A stretch of 64,000 nucleotides of DNA, taken from NCBI GenBank assembly GCA_038229815.1, contig JBBROC010000009.1:740-64739 (forward strand), in the 5' to 3' direction. The notes beneath the pieces were generated by a model. The model had not been told where the DNA came from. It worked only from the letters and a program-made list of their open reading frames with translations, and did not search any database. The position numbers were made by a program, and so were the translations under genes. This document shows, piece after piece, positions 39,508-48,186 of this stretch; the first letter of the stretch is position 1, and every line of letters begins with the position of its first letter. Source of the DNA: Steroidobacterales bacterium (GTDB taxonomy: Bacteria > Pseudomonadota > Gammaproteobacteria > Steroidobacterales > Steroidobacteraceae).

Positions 39508-42500
39508 TTTGGCGGATGGTAATTAGGATACTCAGGTCGTGGCGGTTGCCCGGCGGGATGAGCCGCCAATTCGCGAAGTGCGATGGCCACGGCCGCCTCC
39601 AATTGAGGATCGTGTCCGGCGCTCACTGCCCTTGGATCTTGTTCGACTGCTACGTCCGGATCGACCCCATGGTTTTCGACGTCCCATTCGCCTTTAGGAG
39701 AAAAGAATGCCACGCTCGGCGAAGTGACGTGCCCGCCATCCATCAGGGCCGGAATCTCACTGATCCCGACCAGGCCTCCCCAGGTGCGCTTGCCGACCAG
39801 CGCGCCGAGCTTCGCCTGCTTGAAAAGCCACGGCAAAGCGTCCCCGCCGGAGCCTGACACTTCGTTGGCTATCATTACTTTAGGCCCATAAATGGCTGCA
39901 TTCGGAGTGTGTTCTATTCTTCCGTAGCGAGGCGACCAGTAGGCTTCAATGTGTCTGTTCATGACTTCGATGATGTAGTCGGCCATCTGCCCGCCAGCGT
40001 TGAACCGCTCGTCGATGATCGCGCCCTGCTTCTGCGTCTGCGCGAAGTAGCAGCGATTGAACTCTGCAAATCCCTCCGCCCCCGTGTTCGTCAAGTATAC
40101 GTAGGCGAGTTTACCGCCCGACATCTGGTCGACCTTCCGCTGGTTGGATTCAACCCAATCGATATGGCGCAGATTTGCTTCGCTGCCAACCGGAATGACG
40201 TTGACATCGCGCACCTTGCCGTCCATTGCGGAGGCGATCCGCAAGCCGACCACGTGCTCGGCCGTGCCCTCCAAAAGCTCTTGAATGTCCAAGGCACCCG
40301 TCAGCTCCTGACCGTTTATGGCGAGTATGCAGTCACCCACCCTGACATTGAGTCCAGGCTGCGCGAGAGGAGCTTTTTCGAGCGGATTGAATTCGCCGCC
40401 GGAAAAGATCTTTTCAAGGCAATAGCGATTGTTGCGGATCATGTAGTCGGCGCCGAGCAGCCCGCCGGGCACGCGATGAGCCCGAGGTATGGCACCGCCG
40501 CTTCCCCGCAAATGACCGACCGAGAATTCTCCCAGCATCTCTTGAAAAATATAGTTGAGGTCGGCTCTGGATGCGATTGAGACCACATATGGTTCAAACC
40601 GGCGTTCGTCGGCAACCGTGGGAGCGCCATGAAAATCCGGATCGTAGAAATAGGAACGTTCGATCCGCCACACTTCGTGGTACATCTGGGTCCATTCGGC
40701 CGCGGGTTCTACTCGCACCTGCAGAGCAGCCAACGAGAGCGTGCCCTCGCCGGGTTTCAGCGGGACACTCGCAGGTGCGACGATCCAGGTTGGCCGCACC
40801 TCGTCCGCACCCGGCGGCGGCGGCGGGACGTCCGGTTTGCGGTTCGAGAGCGCAACCAGCATCTTTTCTCCATCGGCCGACAATTCGAAATTCTCGATGC
40901 GCTCGGCCAGCTTTTCCGTCTTGCGGTCCTCTAGGGTAAAGCGGCTCAAAGTAGCGGCTCGATCGTCGTATCGAGTCAGGTCGGATCGCACCAGGAAGTA
41001 CAGGCTGCCGTGGATCCCTGCGGTAAGCCCCACATAGGCCGCCGTGGGCAGAGGCAGGGCCACGGTCCGGGAGCCGATACCGCTAAAGTCCACCCTCGTC
41101 GGCCCGGAGGTGGGCGCTGCCGACCTCGGTCCTGCGGCGACGGTGGGTCTACCCTCGGCCGGAGCGCCTTCATCACCGTCTTTTTGCTTGGCGAGTTTCG
41201 GTCCCGGCGCCTTCTCGTCGTCCAGCTCCGGGGCGATAGGCGATGGCTGATCCTCGCTCAGCACGATGGCATAGACATTCGAACGCACCTGGTACAGGTC
41301 GCTGCTCATATCCAGGGCGTCGGAGCTCGCGCCCGCGTTCGTGCTCGCGGTGTAGTACAGGTATTTCCCCCCGCGATCGAAAGTTGGCAGGCGTGCATCG
41401 GCCATTGAATCCGTGATCTGCGTGGACTTGCCTCCGTCTACCGAGTAAATGAACAAGGCGTGCAAGTGATTTTCGAGTGAACGCGGGTAAGCAATCCACT
41501 TCGAGTCGGGCGACCAAGCCAGATCATAGCTTGCGTCCGAGAAGCCGCCATAAACGTTCTTATCATTGATGATGCTGAGTCTTCCCGTGCTGGTATCGAG
41601 CAGGTATACGTTCAGTCGATTGTCATGGAACGCAATGCGTTTCGAGTCCGGCGACCATTTCGGCGCAAAGTAATAGGCCGGTTCCGGCGCCAGCGGGAAT
41701 TTCTTGACCGCAGCGCCTGTTTGCGTGGCGCCCGTCTGGGCCGCCACATGGAGCGCGTAAAGTCCGGACTCGTCGGAGAAGTAAGCGATGGATTGACCGT
41801 CTGGAGACCATGCGGGCGAGCGCTCCATCACGCCCGGCGTATTGGTGATGTTGCGGGTGGGCCCCGCCTTCACCGGCACAGTCAGAATTTCGCCGTGCGC
41901 TTCCAGCGCAGCGCGAACGCCGGTCGGAGAGATTGCAGCATGATCGATTTCCGCGGCGACGTTTTTGATGTTTGACCGGACCTCCGGCAGGTCGGCTTGG
42001 ATCTCGATCGGTACGCGGCGGTTCCTGCCGGTCGCGGTATCGAAAAGATGTATCTCGCCCAGCTGATCGTAGACCAAGGTGGTTCCCTCGCCGGCGAGAC
42101 TGCGTATATCCGGACCTGCGTTATGCAGGAGCTCCGCGACAGCCTTGGTGCCCGGATCGTAACGGAAAATCCCGATGTGGCCGGCGCGACCCGAGAGAAA
42201 ATACACATATTGACCGATATAGACTGGGAAGAAGTCTGAAGCTCGATCGTGTGGAATCTGTGCCGACTCCAGGCTCGAGAGGCCGGTTATCCAGATGGTG
42301 CTCGCCCGGCCCCCGCGATAGTTTCCCCACGCCACGAACGTGGTGTAGTCAAATCCGAAGGCCGGAGCCAGCGGCGAGTACGCAATCTGCGAACCATCCG
42401 GCGACATCTGGCCTTGATATGCCATCGGCAGCGGCAAGCGGGTGGCCTCGCCGCCTCCGGCCGGAACGGAAAAAAGTTGCGTGTAGCGGCTCGACGATTC

Positions 42501-42917
42501 GCGGGTCGAGCGAAACAAAATGCGCGCTCCGTCCGGACTCCATCCAACCGCGACATCGGGCGCAGGATGGTAGGTCACCCGATGGGGTACCCCGCCCGCG
42601 GCGGGGATGGTGAACACATCCGTGTTGCCGTCATATTCCCCGGTAAAGGCAATCGTGCTGCCGTCCGGAGAATAGAGCGGTGCGCTTTCCAAGCCCACAC
42701 CGATCGTCAGTCGTGCGGCGCGGCCTCCGTCGCGGGAAACAGTCCAAAGGTCGCCGGCATAGCCGAAGGCAATCGACTCCCTGCTTAGAGCGGGTGATTG
42801 GAATAGGTGCGCTTTCTCAGCCGAGTTGGCCTTCTCCGTGGCAGCCGCCGCGTCGAAAGCGAACATTAGAAAGCACACGAGTCCCAGTGTAACCGCCGAG
42901 TGGTGAGTGCGACGCAC
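39504..42917 (-). CDS. tricorn-protease homologue (S41 family: beta-propellers + PDZ + peptidase), exported
   Basis: 1137 aa with a signal peptide, TolB/WD40-like propeller repeats, a PDZ segment (GDCILAINGQEL) and an S41 C-terminal domain (SGSGGD, KRTWGG). GTG start with GGAG 6 nt upstream. Confidence 0.85.
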   Translation of the reverse strand: MRRTHHSAVTLGLVCFLMFAFDAAAATEKANSAEKAHLFQSPALSRESIAFGYAGDLWTVSRDGGRAARLTIGVGLESAPLYSPDGSTIAFTGEYDGNTDVFTIPAAGGVPHRVTYHPAPDVAVGWSPDGARILFRSTRESSSRYTQLFSVPAGGGEATRLPLPMAYQGQMSPDGSQIAYSPLAPAFGFDYTTFVAWGNYRGGRASTIWITGLSSLESAQIPHDRASDFFPVYIGQYVYFLSGRAGHIGIFRYDPGTKAVAELLHNAGPDIRSLAGEGTTLVYDQLGEIHLFDTATGRNRRVPIEIQADLPEVRSNIKNVAAEIDHAAISPTGVRAALEAHGEILTVPVKAGPTRNITNTPGVMERSPAWSPDGQSIAYFSDESGLYALHVAAQTGATQTGAAVKKFPLAPEPAYYFAPKWSPDSKRIAFHDNRLNVYLLDTSTGRLSIINDKNVYGGFSDASYDLAWSPDSKWIAYPRSLENHLHALFIYSVDGGKSTQITDSMADARLPTFDRGGKYLYYTASTNAGASSDALDMSSDLYQVRSNVYAIVLSEDQPSPIAPELDDEKAPGPKLAKQKDGDEGAPAEGRPTVAAGPRSAAPTSGPTRVDFSGIGSRTVALPLPTAAYVGLTAGIHGSLYFLVRSDLTRYDDRAATLSRFTLEDRKTEKLAERIENFELSADGEKMLVALSNRKPDVPPPPPGADEVRPTWIVAPASVPLKPGEGTLSLAALQVRVEPAAEWTQMYHEVWRIERSYFYDPDFHGAPTVADERRFEPYVVSIASRADLNYIFQEMLGEFSVGHLRGSGGAIPRAHRVPGGLLGADYMIRNNRYCLEKIFSGGEFNPLEKAPLAQPGLNVRVGDCILAINGQELTGALDIQELLEGTAEHVVGLRIASAMDGKVRDVNVIPVGSEANLRHIDWVESNQRKVDQMSGGKLAYVYLTNTGAEGFAEFNRCYFAQTQKQGAIIDERFNAGGQMADYIIEVMNRHIEAYWSPRYGRIEHTPNAAIYGPKVMIANEVSGSGGDALPWLFKQAKLGALVGKRTWGGLVGISEIPALMDGGHVTSPSVAFFSPKGEWDVENHGVDPDVAVEQDPRAVSAGHDPQLEAAVAIALRELAAHPAGQPPRPEYPNYHPPK

Positions 42918-43307
42918 GAGCGCTCCGGTAATCGGTAAGCCAATCCCCGATGTTGCGGCAGTCGGGTGTACTTCCGCAACCCGCTCGCGCGCAGCCGATC
43001 CGACGCGCGCGCCCTACGGCCGCCTCAGTGCGCCAGCGAGGCGTAGATCAATCGCGCGGTCAACCCCAGATGGCTATTGAACGTAACGCCGATGTCCCAC
43101 AAACTCGTAACGATGACCAATAGCCGCATGGTGCGCCGGGCCCACTGTTCCGCCGCAATTTGCATTCCACCAGCTCGCTCATACTGTGGCATGACGTCAG
43201 ATTCGCCGAATCAGGCGAGAAATTCTATTAGTAATATTCCGTAGACGGCGCGGCGTGGCCTACACCCGGCGCGTACGCTGATCCCGACGCGCGGCCAAAT
43301 CCCGGCG

Positions 43308-44648
43308 CTACGGCGCCTTCCCCGGAATCCATGTCGTCCCTGCCAATGGGATATCCGCCATGGCGGCCGCTTCCACTGTCAACGCCACCAGATCCTCCTT
43401 CTCGAGGTGATGCACGTCTTGCTTGCCGCAGGCGCGCGCGATGGTCGTAAGCTCCATATTCACGGTTTTCAAGTAATTCTTGAGCCGCTTTGCCCCCACT
43501 GCCGGATCGAGGCGCAGTTCGAGCGTCGCATCCTGCGTCGTCACCCCGACGGGACATTTTCCGGTGTGGCAGTGGTGACAGAAGCCTGGTGCGGTCCCGA
43601 GGCGGGCATAATCCTCGAGCGCGGACACATGCCGGCCGCCGGCAATGTAGGTATCGCTGTTGCAGCCCAACGCTACGAGGACCCCCTGCCCGATCGCGAC
43701 GGCATCGGCCCCCATGGCGAGCGCCTTGGCCACATCCGCGCCGCTGCGGATCCCCCCTGAAATCACCAATTGCACGGTGCCGCGCATGTTCAGCTCATCC
43801 AACGCATCGACGGCCTGGCGAAGCGCCGCAAGCGTCGGAATTCCGACATGCTCGATGAACACTGTTTGCGTTGCCGCAGTGCCGCCCTGCATGCCGTCGA
43901 CCACAATGACATCGGCGCCGGCGTGCACCGCTAGCTTCACATCATTGAATACGCGCGTGGCGCCGACTTTGACATAAATCGGCTTTTCCCAGTCGGTGAT
44001 CTCGCGCAGCTCCTTGATCTTGATCACGAGGTCATCGGGCCCGGTCCAATCCGGGTGCCGCGATGCAGAGCGTTGATCGACGCCCTGCGGAAGCGTGCGC
44101 ATGCGCGCGACGCGGGGATTGACCTTCTGGCCGAGAAGCATTCCGCCGCCGCCAGGTTTGGCGCCTTGACCGATGACGATCTCGATGGCATCTGCGCGCC
44201 TGACATCGTCCGGATTGAATCCATAGCGCGACGGCAGACACTGGTAAACCAGCGTTTTCGACGACGTTCGCTCCTCGGTGGTCATTCCGCCGTCGCCCGT
44301 GGTCGTCGAAGTGCCGACTTCGGTCGCGGCACGCCCCAACGCGTCCTTTACACGCGCCGAAAGCGCACCGAAGCTCATCCCGGCGACGGTGATGGGGATC
44401 GCGAGTTCAATCGGGCGCGTGGCGAAACGCGTGCCGAGGACGGTCTTGGTCGAGCAGCGTTCTCGATAACCTTCGAGGGGGTAGCGTGACAGCGAAGCGG
44501 CAAGAAACAGCAGATCGTCGAAATTAGGAACGCGGCGTTTGGCGCCCAAGCCCCGGATCTCGTACAGGCCGCTCGCGGCGGCGCGCTGAATGTAATCAAT
44601 CGTCGATCGATCGAAACCGGCCGATTCCTCTAGCTGGGGGCCCGCCAT
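43308..44648 (-). CDS. mgsC: N-methylglutamate synthase subunit C (GltB FMN-binding-domain protein)
   Basis: Glutamate-synthase central-domain motifs (GQGAKPGGGG, ISGGIRSG). ATG at 44648 with AGGAG upstream, 1 nt after the mgsB stop. Position in the mgd-gmaS-mgs cluster. Confidence 0.85.
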   Translation of the reverse strand: MAGPQLEESAGFDRSTIDYIQRAAASGLYEIRGLGAKRRVPNFDDLLFLAASLSRYPLEGYRERCSTKTVLGTRFATRPIELAIPITVAGMSFGALSARVKDALGRAATEVGTSTTTGDGGMTTEERTSSKTLVYQCLPSRYGFNPDDVRRADAIEIVIGQGAKPGGGGMLLGQKVNPRVARMRTLPQGVDQRSASRHPDWTGPDDLVIKIKELREITDWEKPIYVKVGATRVFNDVKLAVHAGADVIVVDGMQGGTAATQTVFIEHVGIPTLAALRQAVDALDELNMRGTVQLVISGGIRSGADVAKALAMGADAVAIGQGVLVALGCNSDTYIAGGRHVSALEDYARLGTAPGFCHHCHTGKCPVGVTTQDATLELRLDPAVGAKRLKNYLKTVNMELTTIARACGKQDVHHLEKEDLVALTVEAAAMADIPLAGTTWIPGKAP

Positions 44649-44649
44649 A

Positions 44650-45360
44650 TCAATACTCCTGATCGGCATCCGCATGCCAGTGATAGAGACTTTTCGCCGA
44701 GGCGACACGCTTGAATTCCCCGGCGTCGTGAGCGATCCCGGACAGCGCCAGCAGATCCTTGACGGCGGCGCAATCAGTATCGCTCATCGGCTCAAAGCGC
44801 GCGTCGGCGCCGAGCGAGCGCACATTGCCGCGCACATAGATCACCGCTTCGTACAGTGAATCGCCCAGCGCATGCTCCGCATCACCGCAAATCACGATCC
44901 GCCCCGCCTGCGCCATGAACGCCGAAAAACTGCCGACGCTGCCCCCGACCACGATGTCGGCGCCCTTGAGCGAGATCCCGCAGCGCAAGGACGCATCGCC
45001 GTCGATGATGAGCAGGCCCCCGTGCGCGGAAGCGCCCGCCGCGGTGGAAGCGAAGCCCTTGATGTGCACGCGGCCGGACATCATATTCTCCGCGGCGCCC
45101 GGACCGGCGTTGCCATGCACAGTCACGGCGGCATGCTTGTTCATGCCCGCGACGTAATAACCTGTGTGGCCATAAATCTGCACGTCGAGGTCGGCATCGA
45201 GACCGCACGCGATGGAATGCGCTCCGTCGGGATTCCTCACTTGAATTTGCGACACGCCCTGTTGAATTGCTTGTGTGTGCAGGAACAAATTCAATTCCCG
45301 CAAGCTTGTCTGCGCCAGATCGAACTCGCGCGCCTTCGGCAAAGGCATCAGATTCGCCAT
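44650..45360 (-). CDS. mgsB: N-methylglutamate synthase subunit B (GXGXG-motif, GltB C-terminal-domain-like)
   Basis: 236 aa beta-helix protein with repeated GxGxG-type segments. Located between mgsA and mgsC. Confidence 0.85.
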   Translation of the reverse strand: MANLMPLPKAREFDLAQTSLRELNLFLHTQAIQQGVSQIQVRNPDGAHSIACGLDADLDVQIYGHTGYYVAGMNKHAAVTVHGNAGPGAAENMMSGRVHIKGFASTAAGASAHGGLLIIDGDASLRCGISLKGADIVVGGSVGSFSAFMAQAGRIVICGDAEHALGDSLYEAVIYVRGNVRSLGADARFEPMSDTDCAAVKDLLALSGIAHDAGEFKRVASAKSLYHWHADADQEY

Positions 45361-46256
45361 GAGTAGATCTCCTCGGGCTTGGGCTCGAACAGCGTCGCGC
45401 GCGAAATACCCGGTAGATGCGCCAACGAGCGGAATTCCGATGCAATGGCAACGTAGTCGTCGGTCTCGCCAACCACTGCCGGCTTGCAGGCGAAGGCGTC
45501 GCGGACGATGAGCAGCTCGCTTTCTGTGCCCATCAAAAAAGTGAAAAATCCGTCGAGCTCGCTGAATCCGCGCTGCACCGCTGTCTTCAAGTCATCGCCC
45601 TCGCGCAGCCTCCATTCGAAGAAACGGCACGCCGCTTCCGTATCGTTGTCGGTCTCGAATTCGATGCCGAGCGGCTCCAGGCGCTTGCGCACCAGGTGAG
45701 GATTAGAAAGAGATCCGTTGTGTACGAGGCAGAAATCGCGGCCCGCCGTGAACGGATGAGCGTGTGCGGGGGTGACGGCCGATTCGGTTGCCATCCGGGT
45801 GTGTCCCACGAGGTGTGAGCCGCGCAGCGATTTGAAATCGTATCGTGCGGCGATATCCGCCGGCGCGCCCACGTCTTTGTATAGATCTATCGATCGGCCC
45901 ACCGAGAGCACGGCGACCATCGGCGCGTTGCGTGCGAGCCACGCGGCGAGCAAATCCGGATCCGCGCCGCTGGTCAGCACCGCGTGATTGCCATGAGCGG
46001 AGATTTCGTGCGCACGCGCGTGCGAGCACGCAAAGTCGGCGGCGATCCTGGTCAGCAGATCGGACCAATCCACCTCGTTCTCACCGCTGTACAAGCTGAG
46101 CTTATGATGGCGCTCCGACACCGGTGCGGTGTAAACGGCGAGTCCTGCAGAATCCGGACCGCGCTCCGTCATGCCCACCAGCATCGGCACCATCAGCGCG
46201 CCGAGCCGATCCCGCAGCTCAGGATTCTTCACGAGAAGGCCGACTATTCCACACAT
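45348..46256 (-). CDS. mgsA: N-methylglutamate synthase subunit A (class-II glutamine-amidotransferase-like)
   Basis: Starts MCGIVG (the N-terminal Cys nucleophile of Ntn amidotransferases). AGGAG upstream. Confidence 0.85.
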   Translation of the reverse strand: MCGIVGLLVKNPELRDRLGALMVPMLVGMTERGPDSAGLAVYTAPVSERHHKLSLYSGENEVDWSDLLTRIAADFACSHARAHEISAHGNHAVLTSGADPDLLAAWLARNAPMVAVLSVGRSIDLYKDVGAPADIAARYDFKSLRGSHLVGHTRMATESAVTPAHAHPFTAGRDFCLVHNGSLSNPHLVRKRLEPLGIEFETDNDTEAACRFFEWRLREGDDLKTAVQRGFSELDGFFTFLMGTESELLIVRDAFACKPAVVGETDDYVAIASEFRSLAHLPGISRATLFEPKPEEIYSWRI

Positions 46257-46276
46257 GCTTCAGCTCCTGAAGATTC

Positions 46277-47611
46277 TTAGAAGAACTCGAGATAGCGGCG
46301 TGATTCCCAATCGGACACATGGCGCGAGTATTCGGTCCATTCCATGCGCTTCAAGCGGATGAATTCGGCGGCGAGATCCGATCCCACTCCATCGCAAATC
46401 ACCTTGTCCGCCTCGAGTGCGTCGATGGCTTCGTGCAGGGACTGAGGCAAGAGATTGATGCCCTTCGCCGCCAATTCTTCCGCCGACAATTCATACAGGT
46501 TGATATTCTGCGCCGGACCGGGATCGAGTTTTCTGTCGATGCCGTCGAGCCCGGCGGCGATCAGGGCGGCGGATACGAGATACGGATTGCACGCGGAATC
46601 CGGCAGTCGGATCTCGAGACGCCCGTGGGGCACGCGGACGCACGCCGTTCGATTGTTGTCGCCGTAGGCAATATAGGCGGGCGCCCATGTGGCGCCCGAC
46701 AAAGCTCGGCCTACGACCAGGCGCTTGTAGGAATTCACGGTCGGCGCAGCAACCGCGCATAGGCCGCGCGCGTGGTGCAGCACCCCGCCGAGAAAATTAT
46801 AGGCCATGCTGGAGAGGCCCATTCCCGATTTGTCGTTCTCGTCGTAAAAAGCGTTCTTTTGCTTTGCCGTGCCCAAAGAAACGTGGAAGTGCGCGCCGCT
46901 GCCGGCGCGATTGGCAAACGGCTTCGGCATGAATGTCCCGGTCAAGCCATGTTTGTGGGCGATCTCACTGACGGCCATCTTTACGAAAGTAAAGTTATCC
47001 GCCGACTTCAGCGCATCGGCATACGTGAAATTGATCTCGAACTGGCCGTTGCCGTCCTCGTGATCGATCTGATAAACGTCGATACCTACGGCACGCAGCC
47101 CGGCCACCATTTCGTCCAGGACCTCGCGGCTGCGGTACAGACCCTTGTAGTCGTAGCACGGTTTGTCCAGATTGTCGGTTGAGTCGGCGGGTCCCAAGCT
47201 GCCATCGGCGCGCCGCGTCAGCAGCATGAACTCGGGCTCGATGCCGGTGAACATGGTCAAGCCGCGCTCGGCGAGTCGTGCAACCTGCGCTTGCAGCGCC
47301 ACCCGGGAGCAGTAGGCGTACGGCTTTTTGTTGACCACCCCATTGCAAATGATGCGCGCGTAGCCTGGCATCCACGGAATGTCCTGCAGCGTCGAGAGGT
47401 CTCCGACTGCCATATAATCCGGTCCTTCCGGACCCATGCCGAATCCCCACAATGCAAACCCGGCGAAGCCCGCACCGTCGGTGAGCACCATCTCCAGATG
47501 TTCGACCGGCACCGCCTTGGCCTTGGCCGCACCGTGGATATCCACGAACTGAGCCAAAACATAGCGCGTCTTGTGTTCTTCAAAAAAATTCTTTGCCTGT
47601 TGCTGATTCAT
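46277..47611 (-). CDS. gmaS: gamma-glutamylmethylamide synthetase (glutamine-synthetase-like, type III)
   Basis: 444 aa GS-fold protein. Located between the mgd and mgs genes, as in described N-methylglutamate pathway clusters. ATGA overlap with the mgdD stop. Confidence 0.85.
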   Translation of the reverse strand: MNQQQAKNFFEEHKTRYVLAQFVDIHGAAKAKAVPVEHLEMVLTDGAGFAGFALWGFGMGPEGPDYMAVGDLSTLQDIPWMPGYARIICNGVVNKKPYAYCSRVALQAQVARLAERGLTMFTGIEPEFMLLTRRADGSLGPADSTDNLDKPCYDYKGLYRSREVLDEMVAGLRAVGIDVYQIDHEDGNGQFEINFTYADALKSADNFTFVKMAVSEIAHKHGLTGTFMPKPFANRAGSGAHFHVSLGTAKQKNAFYDENDKSGMGLSSMAYNFLGGVLHHARGLCAVAAPTVNSYKRLVVGRALSGATWAPAYIAYGDNNRTACVRVPHGRLEIRLPDSACNPYLVSAALIAAGLDGIDRKLDPGPAQNINLYELSAEELAAKGINLLPQSLHEAIDALEADKVICDGVGSDLAAEFIRLKRMEWTEYSRHVSDWESRRYLEFF

Positions 47612-48186
47612 CCCCGCACCCCTGTATAGCTACCACCGCATTCAGCGACCACCGCACCCAAGCACTCGCCCATGTACGGGCCGAACGTCGGATCGCACCA
47701 CACCCGATAATAACGACCGCTCTGCTCGCGGCGGCCCGCTTCATCGCTGTATTCTTCTGCGCCATGCGGCACGACCAGCACCGCGACGCCGATCATGAGC
47801 GTCATGATCACAGGACGGGAATCCAGCGAAAGCGCCGCGAAATTCACATTGCAGACCTGCGCGAGCACCTCGTGAACACGCTCGCCGCCGAGCACAAACG
47901 CCGAGTCTTCGCGTATCACCGGATATACCCCCGGCGGATGCCCGTCCAAGAACGGCGAGATTCGCTCTAGTGTAGTGCCGGCCGCTCCGTCCTCGAGAAA
48001 AAACTCCGTGGCGCCGAGACGCGCGACGAGAAGCGCCTCGGCGGCCGCGGCTCCTTCCGAGTGCGCCCAGGTATTGGGTAGGGGCGGCGGGGTGATCCCC
48101 TTTTCCGCCAGCCATTGCGCCGCCCGCGGGCCTTTGAGGCCTAGCCTCTTGCGGGGTTCCGGTATAGTCAGAGCCAGCGCGCTCAC
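47608..48186 (-). CDS. mgdD: N-methylglutamate dehydrogenase gamma subunit (SoxG-like)
   Basis: 192 aa. GTGA overlap with the alpha-subunit stop. soxBDAG-type gene order. Confidence 0.8.
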   Translation of the reverse strand: MSALALTIPEPRKRLGLKGPRAAQWLAEKGITPPPLPNTWAHSEGAAAAEALLVARLGATEFFLEDGAAGTTLERISPFLDGHPPGVYPVIREDSAFVLGGERVHEVLAQVCNVNFAALSLDSRPVIMTLMIGVAVLVVPHGAEEYSDEAGRREQSGRYYRVWCDPTFGPYMGECLGAVVAECGGSYTGVRG

